Positions 37,417-50,969 are shown, counted from the first letter of the whole stretch. The stretch is 63,763 bases of DNA, filler included, from Folioceros fuciformis (GCA_049999805.1; 3 parts of 3 records of this genome joined end to end with filler, not necessarily neighbours in it), one strand, 5' to 3'. Notes: generated by a model from the letters alone, not told the origin. Made by a program: numbers and translations.

Positions 37417-39585
37417 ATGGCTTTGCGATTCTTCGGCAGTGCCGTCACCGGGATCAGCGCGGGGCTGGCGTTGCCGGGGCAGGTGGCGGAGGGGAAAGTG
37501 AAGAAGGCGGGGAATTGGGTGTGCACCGTTGCGCCCGCGGAGGGAGAGGTTGCGGAGCCGCAGCTGCCTAGCCAGAGCCATGCGCAGACCCCAAACGCTG
37601 TCGTGGAGGAGCGGCGGATTGCGGGGATTTCCATGATGCAGCAGCGGCCCAAGAATTCGCGGAGGTGGATTGTGCCGGGCTCGTGCGCCGGGCCCGACGG
37701 GCTCACGTCCCGCGTTGTGAAGAAGGAGGTGCAAGTGGATCCTGCTGTTGTGGATTTCTCCGTGGACCTGAGTCGGCTCAAGAATTCGCGCAAGTGGAAT
37801 GCTGCGCGGGCAGAGGCCAGTTCCGTCATTCGCAGCTCGGGGTGGCGGATGCACAAGACAATGGCCGCCCGGGCTGAGGCTGGGAACGGGAGTGGCGGGC
37901 TTACGTACAAGGCTGCCGGGGTGGATATCGATGCCGGGGCCGAGCTCGTACGGCGCATTGCTGCCATGACGCCGGGAATTGGTGGATTCGGGGGCCTCTA
38001 TCCGTTCGGTGAGTTTTGTTTCAATAGCGGCTGTGGCTTTCATGGGTTGTTGGTAGGCAGCGTTCTTTGTGGTGCTTCGAGGGTTTGGGTTTTGTGCGTG
38101 AGAGTGAGAAGTTTTGGGGGAGTGATGGAATGTGGGTTTGGTGGTTGACAGCCATCGCAGGCGTGGAAGAATGATGCAATGCGCTTGTGGGTTTTTTGTG
38201 GTTGACTGGAATTGAGTTTGGCTGTTGCAGGTGATTCTTACCTTGTTGCGGGAACTGACGGCGTGGGGACCAAACTGAAGCTGGCGTTCGAGACGGGTAT
38301 TCACGACACGATCGGAATCGATCTGGTGAGTGGTGAAGACGTGGGGGAAGTTTTACGGGGTTTGCAGGTGCTGGTGGGTCTGACGTCCTGTGCCTGCTGC
38401 TGTCCCGGCTTTGCTCGCAGGTTGCCATGAGTGTGAACGACATCGTGACCTCCGGGGCTCAGCCGCTCTTCTTCCTGGATTACTTTGCCACCAGCACTCT
38501 CGATGTGGATTTGGCGGAGAAGGTGATCCAGGGGATCGTGGAAGGATGCAGGATGTCCAACTGTGCTCTCCTCGGTGGAGAGGTAGGTGGTGCTGCCAGG
38601 TTGCACATCCCGTGGTGCGTTTCTGCTTGGGTTTGTTGTTTGCTCAGGAATGTGCTTACTTGGCCCGGTTTGCCTGCTTGCAGACTGCGGAAATGCCCGA
38701 TTTCTATGCTGAGGGCGAGTACGACCTCAGCGGCTTTGCTGTCGGCGCTGTGAAGAAGGACAGACTGATAGACGGAAGCAAGATTGTAGAAGGGGATGTC
38801 GTCATCGGGATGGCATCGAGTGGAGTTCACTCGAATGGATACTCTCTCGTTCGCAAGTAGGTTTTGGGTTGCTTCTGCCGGGATGGCTGTCTGCTGCTGC
38901 TGCTGCTGCCTCCCTAACTTGATTTCCGGGCGGATGGGCGACAGGATCGTTGAAAAGAGCGGAGCGTCGTTGAATGACGAGCTGCCCAACGGTGGTGGCA
39001 TAACAATTGGCCAGGCTCTGATGGTTCCAACTAGGATCTATGTCCCAGAGGTGGGTGTGATTTGCATCTCTTATCGCCTAATGTCATTCGGCGGGTTCGG
39101 GGCGACGACGAGGGGGTTTCTCTAATTCTCCAACCTCTGTTGGCAGGTCTTGAAAGCTGTTAACCTGGGTGGAGTGAAGGGCATTGCCCACATCACGGGG
39201 GGAGGATTTACGGAGAACATCCCTCGGATCTTTCCTGACGGTCTTGGTGCCCACGTCGAGCTTGGTCAGTGGAAAGTGCCCCCGATCTTCAACTGGCTTC
39301 AGAAGGTATGTCCAGTGGCACTCCATCCTCGATCATCGCCTTCCATGCCTCTACTTTCTACATGGTGCTGACGGCCACCATTTGTTTTGCCTTCTTCAGG
39401 CCGGTAATGTAAGCGAGAAGGAGATGTTTCGCACGTTCAACATGGGCATCGGGATGGTACTGATTGTGGATTCTCATGCCGGTCACCACATCTTGACTGG
39501 TGAAGCAGGTATTGGTAAAGCATACCGTATCGGCACTGTGAAGGAGGGCGACGGGGTCATGTTCAACAGCATGAAGAGCACGTGA
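37417..39585 (+). CDS. PUR5: Phosphoribosylformylglycinamidine cyclo-ligase (AIR synthetase, PurM), organellar precursor, 7 exons
   Basis: Exons 37417-38008, 38231-38325, 38421-38582, 38684-38856, 38945-39050, 39147-39305, 39400-39585. [60 protein letters not shown]. Confidence 0.97.
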
Positions 39586-41248
39586 TTCGCAGAGCACCAT
39601 CTAACTGTCAGCCGCGTAAAGGCTCGGCTGTGACTGCCTGCCACCACCATGCTGACCCCTTACCTCGGCCAGGGGTTTGTACAGGCTAGCGAAGTAGCGT
39701 CTGTGTCCACTGGGCTTCCGGAACTAGCTGCACAAGCCCAATCGGTCATTTACTTGTACACTGCAGGGATGGCAACTTGGTGATGCCCAATGCTGGTAGT
39801 TGTGGGTGAGACACGGCATTGGAGTCGAGCTCGTGGTGCCCAAAGTTGTTTTCTGAAAAACTTCCCTAGTTGCCATATCACAAATCCGTGGCCATTTTTA
39901 TAGGATTCGAAGCAAGCCAGAGAAGCACAGTGTGCATCACCAGGCTAGGTATCAACCCCTGCTATAGGTCGCATGTAAGGCGTCTGGCCGACGTATGTAG
40001 AAATTATGTACCAAATGGGTAGGTCTGCGGATAGTAAGATTCCCTTATAAGCTGGTGCAGAAGGGATCACACCTACGACGTGATATGAAGAGATAGAAAG
40101 CGGTAGAGAAAACATAACCGAGAGCAAGGAAACTGGAAAAGAGTACTTTCCTACGCTTGCACTTTTCTAATGGCCATCTTCGAGTTTCCCTACGTAGCCA
40201 ATCCAAACTCGGAGTTTTCTCAAAAATTGTTTGTTGCAGAGAGTGACAGCAAGGGTCGTCCTCTTGAGAACTATCGCAATCAAGTGAGCATCCTGCTCTG
40301 AGTCATGCATCATGGAAAACCGTTTCCATATCCAGGCAAGGAGCAAACAGCTGACCAGGCTTACCAGCGACACTGAGGAGAGACCCGGAATCACGAGCGA
40401 GCACCCACCGAACGATAGGCGAACAACCCGGGAAATGCATTCCCGTGTCGCTGGGATAAGGAGAATCCGGAACGGCCATTTGCGAAGTCCTGGGTGGTAG
40501 GACACATCGACGGTAATCAACTTTGGCAGCCGGAAGATGATGTCCGCTTAAACTTGTACCCAAAAGCATGCATTCAAAACCAGAAAGCTGGTGGAAAGCC
40601 GTGATCGCTGGATACGCCTAGAAGAACATGCGGCATAATAACCAGTTGCAGAGGAAATAAGAAACCAGAGTCTTGTGCAATCATCGTTGCACCAGATTAA
40701 ATGACGACATGGAATGCTCCAGCCCACACTCGCCCCTAATGAGGAATCTTATGCACGTTTTTCTACACTATAAACCGAAGGGAATAGGGTGTAAAGGGAG
40801 CAGGATGCAAGCCAGGGAATAGGATGTACACTGAAGGGAGTACGATGTGCACTAAAAGGAGTAGGGACGGGGTTCCATGTAGAGAGGAATCCCATCTGTA
40901 TCCTCCCATTTTCAATTCCCGACTGAGGGAGGGCAACTACACGTCCACAAGGAGGTTGAAGCAGTTCGGGGCAGGAAAGGCGACGGTGGGCACACTCCAG
41001 TTCCGAAGCAGGGAAAGCAATTCCATGAATAAACACAGCTTCACCCAGACACGCTTGTGGGCAAACAGAAAACGACGAGGCTAAGTACGAACCCGAGCAA
41101 AAACAATTAATTTCGCCCTCAATCTCGGGCTTCGATCTAACTTACACTCAGAACTCCCACGAAAACCGCACCCAACAGCCGAGGAGATACGGCGAGCAGG
41201 TGCGGGAGTGGGAGAAACTATTCTGGGAAAATTGAGGTCACATGGTCA

Positions 41249-42110
41249 TCAGTGACTTTTAACGTACTCCTGTACTACGTTCAACCCCTCAGTCTCTTCG
41301 CCGTAATCCTGAAAGAAATGGCGGAAAACCAGCCTGTTAGTTCTACAATTCCAGAGCTGCGATGTGCGCCACATTTCTAGATGCTGGAAAACTTTGTGGT
41401 GTTATAATTCAGAGCCCCCATTAGACGAATAAGAAGAGCCCGCACCTTAATCACGACACATGAGCAGCCAACCACCTTCCGCGCTTTCCCTTCGGAATCG
41501 ATCTTGCAAAGCTGCAAAACAAGAAAAAGAAAACCCTGAACCGACTCAGCTGGAGACACATAATAACAGTCATCTACAAACTCAAGTCATTTAGGAGATG
41601 CCACGCTTCCATATCACTCCACGCACCCCTGCCCATTCTCCGAGTTTCTTGGCACTTGGTACCGAGATGAGACTGACGCTGTGCTCACTGCAGAGGGCTC
41701 GAACCAGTTTGGAGTAGTCAGGCTGATCGCAGTCGGCGGCCAGTACACAAAGCTGCGCCGCATGCTTTTCGATGGCTTTGGCTGCCTCGTGCAAACCACG
41801 AGCTAGGCCATCATGCGCCAGCGATTTCTTCAATACCAGCTGAAGACCAGTTAGAAGGTCCATCGGCTCCCCGAGCGTCGGGCCTGAGGAAGCTGCCTGG
41901 TCGGCCAGAACATCTCCGGCCGCTTCTGGCTCCCTGCTCGCAACAAACAGCGCACATGGCGACACCACAGAATCGCTCAGATCAAACCCGTTCTTAGTTC
42001 AGCAGCGACGCCAGGCTCTTCCACATCATTCTTCTGCAAACAACCAAGACGAGGAAACACAGCAAAAACTGAAATTCTGGCAGGGCAGATTGCACATACC
42101 CGTCAGACAT
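41249..42110 (-). CDS. RPS12: 40S ribosomal protein eS12, 4 coding exons
   Basis: Exons 42110-42100, 41933-41627, 41511-41446, 41308-41249. [60 protein letters not shown]. Confidence 0.97.
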
Positions 42111-42199
42111 GATGGCGAAATATTGTAGTACACAAACGTCGGCAAAGATGCCACCACCTGAGCCCTTCGAAGTCGCTCGACGGCAGATATGACAGAGAG

Positions 42200-42450
42200 A
42201 TCGAATGGATTACCACTCTGGATATATGAATCTAGGGCTCCCAAAACCCTAGTATTCATACGGAGCGTGAGGGCCTCAAAACTTAGAAACCCTAAAGTTT
42301 CTACACTCGACTTCGTAATATCAGCGCTGAATTCCATCTATAGAAGTCTCGCCGCGAAAGGCAATGTCCCAGGTGTTTCTACATTCGTAAGCTGGGATAT
42401 GTGTAATCGGGCTTTTGTCTGTCGAGGAGTGCCTGTGCTCTAGAGGTCGG
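42200..42450. promoter_or_regulatory. Putative bidirectional promoter with telo-boxes
   Basis: AAACCCTAG at 42244 and AAACCCTAA at 42287, between the divergent RPS12 and SURF6 ATGs about 345 bp apart. Confidence 0.6.
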
Positions 42451-42454
42451 CGCT

Positions 42455-44363
42455 ATGGCGGTCTCTACCGAGGAATTGGCGGATGTTGTGCATCAGCATA
42501 CAGTGTGTAAGATCCTCATGCGTCTTGGACAGGGTGATTGATGTGGTGCGTTGTCAGGTCTGTGGTGGTTGCTGACATTTTGTTGGCTATGGCAATGCAC
42601 CAGTTTTCAACAACCTAGTGGACATGATACCAGCCAAATTCTACATTCCATCCACGTCCGAAGGGCAGCAGGTGGGTGTGCTATCAGTGCGGTGCATGCG
42701 TGTCTTGGTTGCGCTGCCGATTAGCTGACGAACGTGCTGGTGCAAGCAGACGTACGGTTTGAGCAAAAAAGCCCGTGAAGCGAGAAGAAAACAAACGAAG
42801 CAGAATTTGAAGCTGGCAAAACGAAAGAAGGTGTACTTTTGCAGCTGTTTGCTGCCATTGCTCGTATGAGCCTGCATGGCGAGAGGTGATGGTGTCTGGC
42901 TCATGGGTGTTTGGCTGTGTTTTACAGCTTGACCCAGAAAAATTTGTTAGCACGTCGCAGCAGCTGCTGGTGGAGCAGGAAAGTGGTGAGGGGGAAGAGG
43001 AGCCGCCTGTTTTGAAGAAAAAAGGTTAGTAAGGTTTGTTGGCGGTTTCTACGTTCTTGCTGTAATTTGGTGACGGGCTGTTTTGTGACTTGGTTATGGG
43101 TTTGCAGACGTGAACAGAGCAGTTACTCGAGAGCAGCTTCTTGAACGGCTTCACAAGCGGCTTGAAACTCTACGTGCTCAGCATGCCGTTGATACTGCTA
43201 AGAAGGCTAAAACATGGCAAACTGAGCAGAGGAAAGAAAGCAGAAAAAGGAAACGTGCATCTGTCCCAGCTGATAACGTTGGATCCGGTACTCGTCCTGC
43301 TGGAGGCGCCCCTGTTAAGGTCAAGCCAGTAAGTGAAGGGCCGGGTCCAGTCTCCACTGAAGGTTTGCTTCGTAGGGAGTTCCTGACGTGAGCGAGCACA
43401 CATTGGGCTAACCAATCCACGTGTGGTCTTTTGTGTTGTAGATTGAAGCCCAGCCTGTAAATATGGAGTTTGGTCGAGTAAAGATGGGCCTGGATTCTAC
43501 AGCTTTCCAGCTGCAAAAGAAAAGACCAAAAGTGTCAAAAGAAGAGCTGCTTGTTAAGGTTGATGTGACACCAAGACCAAGTTTGAGGAGCTCTTGTTGA
43601 TGTGCCTGGTACTGAGCTTTGCCTTTTTATCTGCAGGCTACTGCTCTGCAAAAGGAGATGCAAGATCCAACAAAGGGACAGGTAATAGACGTTTCGATCA
43701 TATGGTGTACCTGGTGACCTGTGTGATGGGAAGTAGCTCTGACTATAGCAGTTGAAGTTGGCGTGTAGGTGGTGGCCAGTAAGCATGCGTGGAGTGCTTC
43801 TGTGACTCGCGCCGCAGGAGATAAGGTGTGTGACTGATTGGCATGAATGTTTCTGTAGGATGTGTCCAGGAGTGGGTCTGATTGTGCGATTTGTCTGGTG
43901 CAGGTGCTCGATGATCCAATTCTTCTAAAGCGAAGTTTGAAGAAGGAGAAACAGCAACGGCAGAAGAGTGTTCAGAAATGGTTTGTACAGTCAAGAAAGT
44001 GTAGCACTGCTTGTGTTGTTCGAGTAGGGGAGTGCACCGAGCTCATGAACAGTGAGCTAAAGACTTCGAATGTCTTCGATTCGTCTGATGTGTTGCAGGC
44101 AAGACAGGAAGGATACCGAGAGGAAAAACTCTCAGGAAAAGCAACAGAAAAGGCAGGAACATATTTCGCAGCGCATTGAGGGTAAAAAAGCGCGTCAGAT
44201 AGCCAAGGTAAGTCCGTCATGTTGTCTACAGACGGTGGCTGTGCATCTATTCGGTGGGCTTGAAAGCTGACCAGTGTTGCTATCCGCCTGATGTCCGTAG
44301 AGGGAGAAAAAACTTTTGAGACCCGGATTTGAGGGACGAAAGGAGGGCTTTATAAACCCTTGA
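42455..44363 (+). CDS. SURF6/RRP14 ribosome-biogenesis protein, multi-exon
   Basis: N-terminal H..FFNNLVDMIPAKFY; LAKRKK|LDPE; REQLLERLHKRLETLR; AW..RAAG.KV|LDDPILLKRSLKKEKQQRQKS..KW; C-terminal REKKLLRPGFEGRKEGFINP*. Confidence 0.9.
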
Positions 44364-46118
44364 GCGTTCCAGCGGTGGAAAGCTGAAACTCATCACCTTT
44401 CTAATTGAAAGCAGAGTCTGAAGGTAACAGTCTGCTGCCATCATGCGATGTCTCTGGATTCAACTCAGGAAAAATTTAACGCCGTGATTTTCTGTTACTT
44501 TAGGTGGGACATGGCGTTGTGGGGCTGCAGCCGCGAGATAAAGTTACCTTGCTCCTGCGGTTTGATACCTCGCACATGCGCCGCAACCGAGAAAAAACAA
44601 AAAAATCTTGGACGCTTCGCCCAGTTTGTATTCTACCATTCTAGTTCGGAACGGCGCTTGTTTCCTGGAAACTGATCAACAATTCCAAGATACGCTTAAG
44701 TGACATGCCGTCCTTAAGCTTGCCAAGGTCGTCCCCTTCGTTTCCGGATGCACAATGTACTAAGATGATGTTGAAAAGCGGTATTGACATGGTTCTCGTC
44801 TTCTTCAACAGGTTTATTGTTTGTTCTTGCACGTTGACTAGGCACCTGAAGTGTGAGTGCGGAACAATGCGCCTTTCTCATGGTGAAAAGTAGAAAAAGT
44901 GAAAGCTAAATTTATAGCTGGCCTCACGAGGTGTGTATGCTTGATGCTGTGTTGGGAAACAAGTCGTGTGTCCTTGGCATAAACTCCGAGGATCGATGAA
45001 GTTGTAATAGCCACTACTATTTTGAGATGAGTGGCAGTTTAAAATGCTATGGATAAAATCTTGAATATAAAAGGCTAGGTCTATGGATAAAATCTTGAAT
45101 ATAAAAGGCTAGTCCTAAGGCCTTTTTTTCCTCGTGAAAAAGAGAGTTAGATAAAACAGGTAGAATTCTGCTTGGAAAGTACATGAATTGAGTCGAGGTC
45201 CTATTGATAGTCATAGCACGTGAAAACAAAGGCTTGATAAGAGCACTAACCGTCCTACATCCTAATTACCTTCGCTTCATGGCCCAGCCATGGAAACCAG
45301 CCATGACATAGTTCTTCCTCTTAAAACCAGCCATGACCTAGTTCTTCCTCTTAAATTTGCGAGGAGAGGAGGCTTTGAGATTTTCTGCCGCGATTAGCAC
45401 CTGTTCCCAAATGCACCACGCTACTGCCTTGGTGGAAAGCAAGGCCCTCTCGCCGTATACGATTGCTGTCCAGTTATTCCATATGCCGAAAATGCAAGAG
45501 CTCCACACCAATCCCCACCATTAATTCGACACCAATGGGTGATTGGAAGCTAGATCTAGCCCGAAGAGGGCAGATTGTTCAGTTAGAATCGGATTGGCCA
45601 AAGGAAAGTGTTCAGTTAGAATCGGATTGGCCAAAGGAAAGAGCCCTTGTAGCCAGCCCTCCACCTCTCATCAGACCTCGCGAGCAAACTTGCAATGGAA
45701 GAATAATAAAATCTATACTACGGATCATACAACTTAAGTGCGGAGGCATTGGGAAAGTAGGCAAGACAAGATGTAAGAGATCATCAGCATAAAAGAGAAT
45801 TAATTAAGAAGGGTAGAGCATTGTGCTATATGCCCAAAAACGTAAGCGGTTATTAAACCGTCATAACTAAAATATAAAACTAACTATTTAACCTAGGGTA
45901 GAAGTCTTAACTTTACTCTAGGTTTTCTATACTCCCACTTAGTTTAGTATTTTAGGAGTACGAAATGGGCATTAAACTGAATGCATGTTTTTGTGTGAGT
46001 CATTATCAGTTTATGAACTCTTGCTAAACGTGAAGATAGTCTCATGCTTGTCAATCAATGTCCAACAACTCCTTACGCTCCATTGCCTTGCTCTCCACAG
46101 ATCACCATAAAAGCAACA

Positions 46119-46895
46119 ATGGCTACACTAAGTGCCACAAAACTCTTGTTGCTTGTGGTGATGTCTTCATCTTTGGTGCTTTTTGTCATTGGAGATCTTC
46201 AGTCGTTCAGTCGAGTTGCACACACTCTAGGATTTCGTGGCTTGAGATGGAAGACTCTATTCAAGGTCTCGAGTGTCTGGGTTGTGATCGCTTGCGGATA
46301 CCAGTCTGCCAAACGTCAGTCTTGTCTTCATGCAATGAACTGTCTGGACTCCAACATCGTGTCCTTTGAGTCTCCAACTGGTGCTCCTCTTCCTACAGAT
46401 AGCTCAAAAGGCAAGACTGCAAGGAGAATTCACAACTTTGACAACAAGGGAAATCCTAAACATGTGTTTGCTACTGCCTCAGTAGACTTTGAAAAAGTTG
46501 CTTGTAAGGAGACAGAGATGCAGTGCAAGCAAGCTTGTGTGATGGACATTGGTATAGACCCAAGCATGGAAGAATTCTTACGCTTCACAAAGGTACCTCT
46601 CCCTATGACTCTGAAGATGAGAAGTACATGGAGAAAGAGTAGGGACGGAAGCCTATGAAGAATCCCACAAAGAAGAAGGGTGAGGTAGTAAAGCCTAAGT
46701 CTCATACCACTGAGACTGGTCTATTGGTCACTTATAGATGTAAGTACCTAAACTCTATTTGGTGATATATTGCTCATATTCTAACTCTGATACTGCTGTA
46801 CAGCACTCACAGAAGAGTTTGCCAAATCCAACAAGACTCGAGAAGAGCTAATCAAACTTCTGAACAAGGATGGCAAGCTCCCACACAAGGATTAG
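46119..46895 (+). pseudogene. Antisense, apparently spliced membrane-protein gene inside Copia B
   Basis: AACAATGGC start; hydrophobic LLLLVVMSSSLVLFVIG; candidate introns 45995-46100 (5' UTR) and 46740-46803; frameshift and TAG near 46600-46642. Confidence 0.5.
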
Positions 46896-49572
46896 TCAAT
46901 GAGCAGTCCCCTTTGTAACAACAGGAGGAATTAGGCAAATACCAGCAGCTGATGTATGTTTTTCATGAGCTAGTTTAGATAAAGCCTTCGTGAGAAGGTC
47001 TGAAACATTGTCCTCAATTGGGACATAGGATACTGTTACATCTCCATTCTCTGCTGCATGTTATATAAAGTGATGACTTATCTCAATATACTTTGATCAG
47101 GCATGAAAAACAGGATTCTTCATAAGTGGTATAGCAGACTGATTATCACACCAAACAGGAGTTGGTCCAAGCTGTTGTAGGCGTACTCCCTTAAGAAAAC
47201 TTCAAATCCAAGTAATCTCCTTAGATGCTTGTGTCATAGCTGCATGCTCAGCTTCAGTTGAGGAGAGACTGACTGTAGGTATCTTCTTACTAGACCATGA
47301 CACTACAGAAGTGCCCATAAAAATACAATTAGCAGCTACACTTCGCCTTGTGTCAAGATCTCTTGCCCAGTCGGCATCACAGTATGCTGTGAGATCCAAA
47401 CCTTCCTTGCATTTCCGAAATCGTAGACCCTTCTTAGCAGTCCCCTTCAAATAATGGAATATGCGTTTTACAGCTGTCCCGTGTACGGGTCTAGGGTTCC
47501 CTAGGAATTGACTAACAACTCCCACCGCCCTGGTAATGTCCATCCTAGTCCAGCTAGATAAGTAAATAAGGGATCCCATAGCCTGCCTATAAGGGGTTCC
47601 AGACATAGCTTGTTTCTCTTCTAGGGTAACTCGACACTGTTCCAAGGACAGTTTCTCACCTACTGTCATAGGTGTAGAGACTGGTTTAGCATCTAACATA
47701 TTGAAACGCTCAAGTAGCTAATGAACAAAATGTTCCTGATGTATGTCAATTGTACCATCTACCCTATTGAAATGAAACTGAACACCTGAGGAAAAAGTGA
47801 GTTCCCCTAGATCAGCCATCTGCTCGGCTAAGATCCTTGTCCTTAAATGGCAAACTATGTGCCTTACTAAGTTGTCAGGCCTCACAAAAGGAAGTTGGGT
47901 CAAAAGTAAAATCAAGGGGTTCTCTGTATGTCTCACCTTTGACAAGAGTGGCTAATCGTTGGAAATTGACATGACCTAAACGACAATGCCATAGTTGGGT
48001 GAAAGGTGTACCGGTAATATGTGCATAGGGTCTGTTTGTAGAAAGAGTAGACACATCTAGTAAATAAAGATCATGGAAAGAATTTCCTTTGAAGAGGATC
48101 TGACCTGACCTTGAGACAATACAACCTTGTTGATCAAAGCACACTTGACAGTTGTGGTCTTGTATAAGCTTCATAATAGACATTAAGTTTTTGGTCATCA
48201 AAGGCACATAAAGGACATCAATAAGGATAAGTTGAGAAGAGTTTGGCAGGAGCATTGTTACTGAATTAGTTCCCTTGATGGAAAGTCCACTATCATCACC
48301 AAGTAAGACAAACTGTTTAGAATCATTGGCTGGAATGAAACTAGAGAAAGCAATCTTGTCAAAACAAATATAACTGGTGGCACCAGAACCTAAAAACCAA
48401 GAGGTAGGTTGAGTTTTAATAGTTGACAAACAGACCGCCATAATAGTTGGCTGCTTAGCCTTACTCACTGTGAGATTGCTTTCTTCTGGAGAAATGTTGC
48501 GTCGAGGCTCTCCTTGTTTATTCTTACGGCAATCACGTTTGTAGTGTCCAAGAATCTTACACCAATTGCACACAAAAGTTTTCTTGGTGATATTGGTGTT
48601 GAGCCGTTGAGGTTGTGTTGGAAAACCACGACCTCGTCCTCTGAAACCGCCTTGTCCTTTGGAGGAATAAAGTACTCTTGCACCACTATTTGAAATTGAA
48701 GATCGAGACTTATGAAAATTGCGTGAGCGTTCCTCAACCAGTATTGCTCCTATAACCTCTTCAAGTGTGACTGTAGGTAACTGACCTACTGCAGCTGCCT
48801 TAACTGCAATGTGTATCGTGGCATTCTGGCTACCAATAAAGTTGCTGTAGCTCTCAGGTAAAGAGGCAGGGAGGCTTATTGCTGATTGCACCTCTGTAAG
48901 TACAATGCCACAATACACTAGATCGCTCTATGCATCCTGTAATTGTTGATGTAGGCCTCCATATGCTCATTTTCCTTCATCCTCAAATTAAAGAAATCCC
49001 TGTATGCATGGACAAGAGATGCAAAGCTCTTGTCCTGATAAATGGACTCAAAAACCTTCCACACATTATTAGAAGTCTTGGCTCCAATGGTGTGGGGCAT
49101 CATGGTTTGATCTAAGGCAGCAATGAGTATAGATCGGGCACGCCTATCCTTTCGCTCCCAAGCTAGGATTTCGTCTGCCGATCTCGCAGGTACTGTGACC
49201 TTTGGTTTTGATCCATCTAGTATGGAAAATAGCTCATTCTCCTCAAAGATCTGAGTGAGTCTCATGTCCCAGATTTGATAGTCCGTTCCATTGAACCTAT
49301 CTTTATCTCAAAAATCTATTTTCAAAGGGACCAAGGCTGATGCTGGGACTGCAGGCGTTTGCGCTGCCATGCTTGATGAGTTGAAGATGGACTGAAGGAC
49401 TGACTGAAGTTGAAATTGTCTTGCTCTCTCTAAAAGATTGGAAGGAGAGAAATCCCATATTGGGTATGAGAAAGAATCAGCAAACAAGAAGGAGATGTCA
49501 TAAACATCATCATCATCTTCATGATCAGGTGCTTGCATAGAAGATAAGCAAGTCACAACATAGTGGAGGACT

Positions 49573-50022
49573 TTAAGCCAAAAGGAGAATGTCTGAGGAA
49601 AGATAATTTTCACATAAAATGTTCCATGAAAGAATTCCCTCGCAGAGCTTCTCGATGAGATCACTTGACTCCACACGTTTTCTCAAGCTGATGAGTTGAC
49701 GTGAAATGACAAGTTGTGTGTCTTTCTTTCGATGGAGAGTCGTGTCCTTCATAATATCGTAGCTTCCCCTGCCGTGATGATGTAACGTCGTATCCGACTT
49801 GTGAGGATGAGAATCGCAGCAACCGTCAGAGGAAGAAATTGATATTCTATCCCGATTTCTTCTGGGTGGATGAACGTCCCTTCGTGTCAACAGAGACTTT
49901 CGTCTGACTGATTGTGGGACGGTGTGCTCCTCGAATCTGCAATCAATATAGGATAAAGGAAATGAGTCTCTTTGTCTGTTGATTATCTTGGGAAACGGTG
50001 CTATGAATCTGCGCCTATGCAT
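49573..50022 (-). CDS. ORF0 of Copia B (149 aa, between PBS and gag)
   Basis: MHRRR.., R/S-rich, then VISRQLISLRKRVE, similar to element A ORF0. Confidence 0.5.
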   Translation of the reverse strand: MHRRRFIAPFPKIINRQRDSFPLSYIDCRFEEHTVPQSVRRKSLLTRRDVHPPRRNRDRISISSSDGCCDSHPHKSDTTLHHHGRGSYDIMKDTTLHRKKDTQLVISRQLISLRKRVESSDLIEKLCEGILSWNILCENYLSSDILLLA

Positions 50023-50969
50023 CTTGAAGCTTAGATGCCAGAATGCTCCACATCCAACGCACTTGATGAAGCAAGCTTTAATACCATAATAAAATCTATA
50101 CTACGGATCATACAACACAAGTGCGAGGCATTGGCAAAGTAGGCAAGACAAGATGCAAGAGATCATTAGCATAAAAGAGAATTAATTAAGAAGAGCAGAG
50201 CATTGTGCTATATACCCAAAAATGTAAGCGGTTATTAAACCATCATAACTAAAATACAAAACTAACTATTTAACCTAGAGTAGAAGTCTTAACTTTACTC
50301 AAGATTTTCTATAAAGAACATATGTTGGCTTTTGTGGAGGACCCCATTGCTGCATAGTCTACACACATCCTCCCCCGCCGCTACTAACAAACCATCCCAT
50401 CAGTCGCCATTAGACAAGCAAGCTTAAAAAAGGCACCAAACCATGACTTTGACCTTGGGGGGAATTCCAATAGCCGACCAAAGGAGATGGAGAGCTTCTT
50501 TTTGGCGCCGGACTAACAAGCTCCATTGAGAGCCCATCGATCGGCATTGCCTAGCTTTCTACGAGTGAACGAGCCAATGATAGATATCTGTCATTAGAAA
50601 GTTAAACAAGGACCGAGAGCTCCCTTGTTGGCCACCTAGCCGCTTCAGCCAACGCAAGAGGTCAGGTCACAAGGTCAGTTGCCAATTCTCCCCCAGATAG
50701 AGCCAATGCTGGGACGGAGGCTTGTTAGGATTTTGTAGAGCGGAGCTAGAGAAATCTCATAGTTGGCAAAAAGATAATTAATTACTCAGCAAAAAATTGT
50801 TTTTTAAATACAAGTGTAAATGACTCTTCATATATTGACGCTTCAAATTAGGGTTTACTAATAAACCAAGACTTAAATCTAAGCTACGTGGTTACCTATA
50901 CCAGGGATGGTATGCTAACACACCCCCTTAACCACGAGGCGACACGGTAACTGCGACAGTCCCAGAAGC

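Larger units (their letters stand above)
45704..50313 (-). mobile_element. Ty1/Copia element B, internally deleted, with TA..TA LTRs
   Basis: LTRs 45704-45931 and 50087-50313 (about 14 substitutions and 1 indel); TSD AAGAA; degenerate PBS at 50075-50086; PPT at 45932. gag CCHC (CNWCKILGHYKRDC), protease, WHCRLGH, then a jump at about 47870 to the RT C-terminus and RNase H (YCDADWA). Confidence 0.92.

Noticed and set aside
37026-38304. Antisense ORFs of 313 and 352 aa
   Set aside because: Shadows of GC-rich PurM exon 1.
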